Positions 6,999 through 12,595 of a stretch of DNA of 12,595 nucleotides are shown piece by piece (the stretch's first letter is position 1; every line of letters starts with the position of its first letter). Location: the UHGV virus genome UHGV-1677753; one strand, written 5' to 3'. Source of the stretch: a virus. A program made the position numbers and the translations under genes. The notes under the pieces are model-generated. The model ran no database searches, was not told the DNA's origin, and worked only from the letters and a program-made list of their open reading frames with translations.

Positions 6999-7405
6999 AA
7001 ATTCGTCAGGCGCAGACCAGCGCAACCTACATTCTGCCGGACCCCGGTGAACTGAATAAACGCGTCCTGATCCGCCAGCGGGTGGATATGCCCGCGGATA
7101 ACTTTGGCGTGGAGTCTCAATACCCGGTTACGTTCCGGACATGGGCGAAGGTTATCCAGACCAGTGCCACCACCTGGCAGGAAACCGCGCAGACCGGGGA
7201 CGCCATCACCCATTACATCACCATTCGTTACCGCCGGGGGATCACTGCTGATTATGAGGTGGTCTGTGATGACAGTGTGTACCGGGTGAAACGTCAGCGT
7301 GATCTGAACGGGGCGCGGCGCTTTCTGCTGCTGGAGTGTACGGAGCTGGGCGAATGTAGGCAGAGTCACGGAGGCAGCAATGGCGACTCCCTTTTTTCAC
7401 GTTGA
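6995..7405 (+). CDS. Head closure / head-tail adaptor protein
   Basis: 136-aa ORF whose start overlaps the previous stop (ATGA at 6995-6998). Size and position are typical of the head closure protein in HK97/SPP1-like modules. Confidence 0.7.
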   Translation: MKIRQAQTSATYILPDPGELNKRVLIRQRVDMPADNFGVESQYPVTFRTWAKVIQTSATTWQETAQTGDAITHYITIRYRRGITADYEVVCDDSVYRVKRQRDLNGARRFLLLECTELGECRQSHGGSNGDSLFSR

Positions 7406-7886
7406 TGTTCAGCAGCCCGCCGAGATGCGCTTTAACCGCGCCCGTGTCCGGCGGGCGTTTGTCACGATTGGGCAGCGTCATATGCGTGATGCCCGTCGGC
7501 TGGTGATGCGCCGTGCGCGGTCGGCACCGGGTGAAAACCCCGGTTATCAGACCGGACGCCTGGCTCGTTCGATTGGTTATATGGTGCCGAGAGCCAGTAA
7601 AAAGCGAGCCGGTTTTATGACACGCATTGCCCCTAACCAGCGCAACGGGAAGGGGAACCGGATGATCTCTGGTGACTTCTATCCGGCGTTTCTGTTTTTT
7701 GGTGTCCGGGGAGGAGCAAAACGTCGTCGTAGTCATCATCGTGGTGCATCCGGTGGCAGCGGCTGGCGACTGGCTCCACGTAATAACTTCATGGTGGAAA
7801 CGCTTGAAAAGAACCGCAGCTGGACACGCTATTTTCTGGCGCGGGAATTGCGTAAATCACTGAAGCCGGAGCGACGACACAGATGA
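7380..7886 (+). CDS. HK97 gp10-like head-tail joining/neck protein, strongly basic (Arg-rich)
   Basis: 168-aa ORF with GGAGG 5 nt before ATG 7380. It contains PGENPGYQTGRLARSIGY, resembling the conserved TG-L--SI motif of the gp10 family as I recall it. It carries a Gly/Arg/His-rich segment (GGAKRRRSHHRGASGGSGW). Confidence 0.65.
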   Translation: MATPFFHVDVQQPAEMRFNRARVRRAFVTIGQRHMRDARRLVMRRARSAPGENPGYQTGRLARSIGYMVPRASKKRAGFMTRIAPNQRNGKGNRMISGDFYPAFLFFGVRGGAKRRRSHHRGASGGSGWRLAPRNNFMVETLEKNRSWTRYFLARELRKSLKPERRHR

Positions 7887-8443
7887 AACTGACGCCTGTT
7901 ATTGCTGCGCTGCGTGCCCGCTGCCCGTATTTTGAAAACCGGGTGGCAGGCGCGGCACAGTTCAAAAATCTGCCGGAGGTCGGAAAGCTGAGACTCCCGG
8001 CGGCGTATGTGGTACCGGGTGATGACTCTCCGGGAGAAAACAAAAGCCAGACCGACTACTGGCAGGAGCTGAAAGAGGGCTTCTCCGTGGTTGTCATACT
8101 AAGTAACGGGCGTGATGAGCGCGGTCAGTTTGCCTCGTATGATGTGGTGGACGATGTCCGGCAGATGCTCTTTAAGGCCCTGCTGGGCTGGAACCCGGAA
8201 GCGTGCGGTAACCCGATTACCTATGACGGCGGCACGCTGCTGGATCTGAATCGTCATGAGCTGATTTATCAGTTCGATTTTTCGGTCATCAGCGAGCTGA
8301 CTGAAGACGATACCCGCCAGCAGGATGATCTGAACAGTCTGGATGAACTGCAAACGCTGGCGATTGATGTTGATTATCTCGAGCCCGGTAACGGGCCTGA
8401 CGGCGATATCGAACATCACACCGAAATAACTCTTCCTTCCTGA
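7883..8443 (+). CDS. Putative neck/tail terminator-like protein of the contractile-tail module (hypothetical)
   Basis: 186-aa ORF whose start overlaps the previous stop (ATGA). Located between the head-completion genes and the tail sheath. Acidic C-terminus. The functional call is from position only. Confidence 0.55.
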   Translation: MKLTPVIAALRARCPYFENRVAGAAQFKNLPEVGKLRLPAAYVVPGDDSPGENKSQTDYWQELKEGFSVVVILSNGRDERGQFASYDVVDDVRQMLFKALLGWNPEACGNPITYDGGTLLDLNRHELIYQFDFSVISELTEDDTRQQDDLNSLDELQTLAIDVDYLEPGNGPDGDIEHHTEITLPS

Positions 8444-8451
8444 GGATCCTC

Positions 8452-8622
8452 ATGTTTGTCAAACCTGTTAAAGGGCGGTCAGTTCCTGACCCTGCCCGCG
8501 GCGACCTTTTGCCCGCCGAAGGGCGAAATGTTGACGAGAACAACTACTGGCTGCGCCGTGAAGTAGCGGGTGATATCCGGCGCGTGAATAAAAAGGTGAA
8601 CACCGATGACGATAAGCTTTAA
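8452..8622 (+). CDS. Small 56-aa protein immediately upstream of, and overlapping, the tail sheath gene (hypothetical)
   Basis: ATG 8452 is preceded by GAGGA (8442-8446, 5-nt spacing). Translates MFVKPVKGRSVPDPARGDLLPAEGRNVDENNYWLRREVAGDIRRVNKKVNTDDDKL and ends at TAA 8620-8622, overlapping the sheath start by 17 nt. Absent from the ORF track because it is under 60 aa. From memory, small conserved proteins occupy this position in Mu-like tail modules. Confidence 0.5.
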   Translation: MFVKPVKGRSVPDPARGDLLPAEGRNVDENNYWLRREVAGDIRRVNKKVNTDDDKL

Positions 8623-10102
8623 CACCATTCCGTCGAATACGCTGGTTCCGCTGTTTTATGCGGAAATGGATAATCAGGCGGCGAATACTGCACAGGACAG
8701 CGGAGCATCGCTGCTGATTGGTCATGCCAATAACGGTGCAGAGATTGTTGCCAACAGTCTGGTACTGATGCCGTCGGCAGACTATGCACGCCAGATTTGT
8801 GGTGCGGGAAGTCAGCTGGCGCGTATGGTTGAGGCTTATCGCCAGACCGACCCGTTTGGCGAGCTGTATGTGATTGCCGTTCCTGAATCCACAGGCGCGG
8901 CGGCAACGGTTACGCTGACGGTGACCGGGGCGGCAACCGAAACCGGCACGGTGAATGTCTATGTGGGACGTACCCGCGTGCAGGCTCCGGTGACCAACGG
9001 CGATAACGTCACGACGATTGCCAGCAGTATCAAAGATGCCATCAATGCCGTTCCGGCCCTGCCGTTTACGGCTTCATCTTCGGCAGGCGTGGTCACACTG
9101 ACCGCGCGTCATAAGGGGCTTTGCGGGAATGAAATTCCTGTCAGCCTCAATTACTACGGCTTTGGTGGGGGCGAAGTGCTGCCAGCGGGCGTACAGATTG
9201 CCGTGGCGACGGGTACCGCCGGAACGGGTGCTCCGGTTCTCACCGGCGCGGTGGCTGCAATGGCGGATGAGCCGTTTGATTATATCGGTCTGCCGTTCAA
9301 CGACACGGCCTCCGTTAACACGCTGGTGACCGAGATGAACGATACCAGCGGTCGCTGGAGCTATGCGCGTCAGCTGTATGGTCATGTGTATACGGCAAAG
9401 ATCGGCACGCTGTCAGAACTGGTGACCGCAGGTGACCAGTTTAACCAGCAGCACATTACCCTGGCGGGGTACGAAAAAGAGACCCAGACGCCTGCCGACG
9501 AACTGGCGGCAAGCCGTACCGCCCGCGCAGCGGTGTTTATTCGCAACGATCCGGCACGTCCCACGCAGACCGGTGAGCTGGTGGGTATGCTGCCTGCGCC
9601 GAAGGGGAAACGGTTCACGATGACCGAACAACAGACCCTGCTGTCTCATGGCGTGGCAACGGCGTATGTCGAAAGCGGGGTACTGCGCATTCAGCGTGAT
9701 GTCACCACGTACAGGAAAAACGCTTACGGGATTGCGGATAACAGCTACCTAGACAGTGAGACTCTGCATACCAGCTCGTATGTACTGCGCAAACTGAAAT
9801 CCGTCATTACCAGTAAGTACGGGCGTCACAAGCTTGCCAGTGACGGTACCCGCTTTGGTCCCGGTCAGGCGATTGTCACCCCGGCGGTGATCAAAGGGGA
9901 ACTGCTGGCAACCTACCGTCAGCTTGAGCGTGCGGGGATCGTGGAAAACTACGAACTGTTTAAGCAGTACCTGGTTGTGGAGCGTGATGCCAGCGATCCG
10001 AACCGCCTGAACACGCTGTTCCCGCCTGACTATGTTAACCAGTTGCGTGTCTTTGCCGTGGTTAACCAGTTCCGTCTTCAGTATTCAGAGGAGTCTGCAT
10101 AA
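8606..10102 (+). CDS. Contractile tail sheath protein
   Basis: 498-aa ORF directly followed by a 118-aa tube gene, a frameshifted chaperone and a tape measure gene. AAGGTG precedes ATG 8606. Size and synteny fit a sheath protein. Confidence 0.85.
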   Translation: MTISFNTIPSNTLVPLFYAEMDNQAANTAQDSGASLLIGHANNGAEIVANSLVLMPSADYARQICGAGSQLARMVEAYRQTDPFGELYVIAVPESTGAAATVTLTVTGAATETGTVNVYVGRTRVQAPVTNGDNVTTIASSIKDAINAVPALPFTASSSAGVVTLTARHKGLCGNEIPVSLNYYGFGGGEVLPAGVQIAVATGTAGTGAPVLTGAVAAMADEPFDYIGLPFNDTASVNTLVTEMNDTSGRWSYARQLYGHVYTAKIGTLSELVTAGDQFNQQHITLAGYEKETQTPADELAASRTARAAVFIRNDPARPTQTGELVGMLPAPKGKRFTMTEQQTLLSHGVATAYVESGVLRIQRDVTTYRKNAYGIADNSYLDSETLHTSSYVLRKLKSVITSKYGRHKLASDGTRFGPGQAIVTPAVIKGELLATYRQLERAGIVENYELFKQYLVVERDASDPNRLNTLFPPDYVNQLRVFAVVNQFRLQYSEESA

Positions 10103-10458
10103 TGGCCCGTATCGGGGGAACCTGTTATTTCAAAATTGACGGTCAGCAGCTATCGCTGACCGGCGGCATTGAGGTGCCCATGAACAGGACGGTCAATGAT
10201 GACATCATCGGCCTGGACGGTTCAGTGGACCGCAAGGAAACTCACCGTGCGCCTTATGTCAAAGGGACCTTCAAGGTGCCGAAGAATTTTCCGGTGAGCA
10301 AAATCACCTCGTCTGATGAGATGACTATCACTGCCGAGCTGGCGAACGGTCAGGTCTATGTATTGTCGTCCGCCTGGCTGCACGGAGAAGCGAACCATAA
10401 TGCCGAAGAAGGCACGGTTGATCTTGAGTTCCACGGTGAAGAAGGGGATTACCAGTAA
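10102..10458 (+). CDS. Tail tube protein
   Basis: 118-aa ORF. Its start overlaps the sheath stop (TAATG) with GAGGAG 7 nt upstream. Position between sheath and chaperone. Confidence 0.8.
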   Translation: MARIGGTCYFKIDGQQLSLTGGIEVPMNRTVNDDIIGLDGSVDRKETHRAPYVKGTFKVPKNFPVSKITSSDEMTITAELANGQVYVLSSAWLHGEANHNAEEGTVDLEFHGEEGDYQ

Positions 10459-10727
10459 TGAAAGAGCTTGAGTTAAAGAAACCGATTATCGCTCATGGTG
10501 AGACACTCTCCGTACTGGAGTTTGATGAACCCACCGGGAAGGATGTCCGCGAGCTGGGGTATCCCTACCAGATGAATCAGGATGAGTCCGTCAGACTTCT
10601 GGCGCATGTGGTGTCGAAATACATTGTGCGGCTGGCGAAAGTGCCGCAAAGCTCTGTCGACCAGATGTCTCCGGCAGACCTGAATGCAGCGGCGTGGCTT
10701 GTGGCTGGTTTTTTCCTCCAGGCCTGA
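10458..10727 (+). CDS. Tail assembly chaperone, short (G-like) form
   Basis: 89-aa ORF starting at the TAATG overlap with the tube gene. It lies immediately upstream of the tape measure gene and ends 12 nt after a TTTTTTC slippery heptamer. Confidence 0.8.
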   Translation: MKELELKKPIIAHGETLSVLEFDEPTGKDVRELGYPYQMNQDESVRLLAHVVSKYIVRLAKVPQSSVDQMSPADLNAAAWLVAGFFLQA

Positions 10728-10876
10728 CGGCTGAATACCTCACTGATCGCTTCTTTGACTGCGCCAGCTACTGGCGCATTAATCCCTTCGAATTGCTGAA
10801 TATGCCGATCAGTGAAATTCCCTTGCTGGTCAGTCAGGCAAACAGGATAGAGCAGGAGAAACGCACACATGGCTGA
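10458..10876 (+). CDS. Tail assembly chaperone, long (GT-like) form produced by -1 programmed ribosomal frameshift at 10709-10715
   Basis: The -1 frame is open from the slip site to TGA 10874-10876 (ORF track 10694..10876: ...FFPPGLTAEYLTDRFFDCASYWRINPFELLNMPISEIPLLVSQANRIEQEKRTHG). The slippery sequence T_TTT_TTC is in the correct zero-frame phase (codons TTT 10710-10712, TTC 10713-10715). The extended product ends overlapping the tape measure start. Confidence 0.65.
10709..10715 (+). other. Slippery heptamer T_TTT_TTC (X_XXY_YYZ) for -1 programmed frameshifting
   Basis: Read directly at 10709-10715, in phase with the chaperone zero frame and 4 codons before its stop. Confidence 0.65.
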
Positions 10877-12536
10877 ATTTGAGCTTAAGGCGTTGATCAC
10901 CGGTGTCGACAGGCTTTCTCCCGCGCTGTCGAAAATGCAAAAGAAAATCCGGGGATTTAAACGCCAGGCGGAAGAAGCGTCACAGGGTGGGCTGGCGCTT
11001 GGTGGCGGACTGGCAGCGGGTCTGACGCTTTCCCTGAAATCTTATGCCGATCAGGAAAACGCCGCCACCGGGCTGAAAGTTGCCATGATGGATGCGAACG
11101 GTGAGGTCGGAAAGAGCTTTCAGGACATCAATAAACTGGCTATTGGTCTGGGTAACCAGCTACCCGGTACAACGGCTGATTTTCAGAACATGATGCAGAT
11201 GCTGGTGCGTCAGGGGATCCCGGCAGAAAACATTCTTGGCGGTGTGGGTAAAGCGACAGCTTATCTTGCGGTACAACTGAAAAAAACACCGGAAGCGGCT
11301 GCCGAGTTTGCCGCAAAGATGCAGGATGCTACCGGAACGGCGTCAGAAGACATGATGGGGCTGTTCGACACTATCCAGAAGGCGTTTTATCTGGGCGTTG
11401 ACGATACCAACATGTTGTCCTTCTTCACTAAAACCAGTTCTGTTCTGAAGATGGTGAACAAGGACGGTCTTCAGGCTGCACAGAGCCTTGCCCCCATCAG
11501 CGTCATGATGGATCAGATGGGGATGAACGGGGAGTCGGCAGGTAATGCCCTGCGAAAAGTTATCCAGTCCGGATTAAGCGTTAAGAAAATCAGGGACGTT
11601 AATAAAGTTATGGCCCGCCAGAAACTCGGGGTACAGCTCGATTTTACTGACGGCAAAGGGAGTTTTGGCGGTCTTGATAACATGTTTAAGCAACTGGCAA
11701 AGCTGCGAAAATTGACCGACGTTAAGCGAACCGGTGTACTTAAGGCAATATTTGGTGATGATGCCGAAACCCTTCAGGTGGTCAATGCTCTGATCGATAA
11801 AGGAAAGGATGGTTACGATCAGATCCAGCAGAAGATGAATAAACAGGCCAGCCTGAATAAACGTGTTCAGGCACAGCTTGGTACGCTGTCCAACCTGTGG
11901 GAGGCAATGACGGGGACCGCAACTAACGGTCTTGCAGCTATTGGCGGCGCATTTTCTGGTGACGCTAAAAATATCACGCAATGGCTGGGGGAGTTGGGGG
12001 AAAAATTCACGAAGTTTGCGGATGAAAATCCCCGGGTTATTCGCGGCGTCGTCGGGCTTGCTGCCGGTCTTGCGATTCTGAAACTGGGATTGATGGGCGT
12101 GGGCGGTGCCATCAGCATTGTCAGCAGGATCATGTCGATGACGCCGATTGGCATGATTGCGACGGCGATAGCCCTGGCTGCGGGATTAATTATCACTAAC
12201 TGGGATGTTGTCGGACCTTATTTCAAGAAGCTCTGGGAAACCATTGGTCCTTATTTTGAGGCTGGCTGGGAACTCCTTAAGAAAGTTTTTGCCTGGTCGC
12301 CGCTGGGGATGGTGATCAATAACTGGGGGCCGGTTGTTAAGTGGTTTCAGGATATGTGGGACAAGCTGAAGCCAATTATTGAGTGGTTTACCGACAGTTC
12401 CGGTGACACGGTCGATGCCATTAACTCTGCGCAGTGGGGCGCGGGTGCTTATGATGCTTATGGGACGGGAATACCGGCACGGGGATACACTCCTTATCCG
12501 GCGGTGGATCCGGCTCAGTACCGCATAATACGATAA
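10869..12536 (+). CDS. Tail tape measure protein
   Basis: 555-aa ORF immediately after the G/GT chaperone pair. Ala/Gly-rich and largely helical in character, with hydrophobic segments near the C-terminus and periodic Trp/Phe repeats (WDVVGPYFKKL / WETIGPYFEAG). Its start overlaps the GT stop. Confidence 0.85.
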   Translation: MAEFELKALITGVDRLSPALSKMQKKIRGFKRQAEEASQGGLALGGGLAAGLTLSLKSYADQENAATGLKVAMMDANGEVGKSFQDINKLAIGLGNQLPGTTADFQNMMQMLVRQGIPAENILGGVGKATAYLAVQLKKTPEAAAEFAAKMQDATGTASEDMMGLFDTIQKAFYLGVDDTNMLSFFTKTSSVLKMVNKDGLQAAQSLAPISVMMDQMGMNGESAGNALRKVIQSGLSVKKIRDVNKVMARQKLGVQLDFTDGKGSFGGLDNMFKQLAKLRKLTDVKRTGVLKAIFGDDAETLQVVNALIDKGKDGYDQIQQKMNKQASLNKRVQAQLGTLSNLWEAMTGTATNGLAAIGGAFSGDAKNITQWLGELGEKFTKFADENPRVIRGVVGLAAGLAILKLGLMGVGGAISIVSRIMSMTPIGMIATAIALAAGLIITNWDVVGPYFKKLWETIGPYFEAGWELLKKVFAWSPLGMVINNWGPVVKWFQDMWDKLKPIIEWFTDSSGDTVDAINSAQWGAGAYDAYGTGIPARGYTPYPAVDPAQYRIIR

Positions 12537-12595
12537 TTATTACGTGCGAAATAGTCTTCACGTTCACGATAGTAAGAAGTATTGTATTTGCGAAT

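Noticed and set aside
4356-7739. Several minus-strand ORFs (4356..4760, 5114..5548, 5745..6068, 6585..7025, 6902..7369, 7242..7739) antisense to protease, capsid and head-completion genes
   Set aside because: Same reasoning: chance antisense frames in GC-rich genes. Their products are low-complexity and Arg/Ser/Pro-rich, typical of out-of-frame translation.
10694-10876. ORF 10694..10876 as an independent gene starting at its own ATG
   Set aside because: It is in the -1 frame relative to the chaperone, begins inside it, and a phased TTTTTTC slippery heptamer precedes it. Better explained as the frameshift extension (GT-like product).
1-12595. Integrase, attachment site, tRNA, lysis or repressor genes
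   Set aside because: None were recognisable. The window covers only packaging, head and tail genes, plus the left-end cargo segment.

Overview
This 12.6-kb window is almost entirely the late (virion morphogenesis) operon of a tailed dsDNA phage or prophage, all on the + strand and tightly packed with overlapping stop/start codons. Gene order is HNH endonuclease, a GC-rich dyad (putative terminator/cos region), terminase small subunit (P27-like), terminase large subunit, a small two-helix membrane protein, portal, prohead protease, major capsid protein (HK97-like), terminator hairpin, small Lys-rich protein, head-tail connector, head closure protein, gp10-like protein, neck/tail-terminator-like protein, a 56-aa ORF, tail sheath, tail tube, tail assembly chaperone with a -1 programmed frameshift, and tape measure protein. 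The head module is HK97-like and the tail is contractile. GC content (judged by eye, about mid-50s percent) suggests an enterobacterial host, but that is inference. The left end is different in kind: bases 1-70 are a synthetic Illumina TruSeq indexed adapter, followed by a 14-bp foldback inverted repeat and an AT-rich segment (71 to about 420) carrying a minus-strand small Cys-containing ORF whose stop codon is created by the adapter junction. The HNH gene abutting that segment has no canonical start codon. All functional calls rest on motif recognition, ORF size and synteny; no homology search could be run. I see no obvious multi-gene novel system here; the candidates worth a second look are the left-end AT-rich cargo gene, the HNH start anomaly, and the small proteins inserted in the head module.
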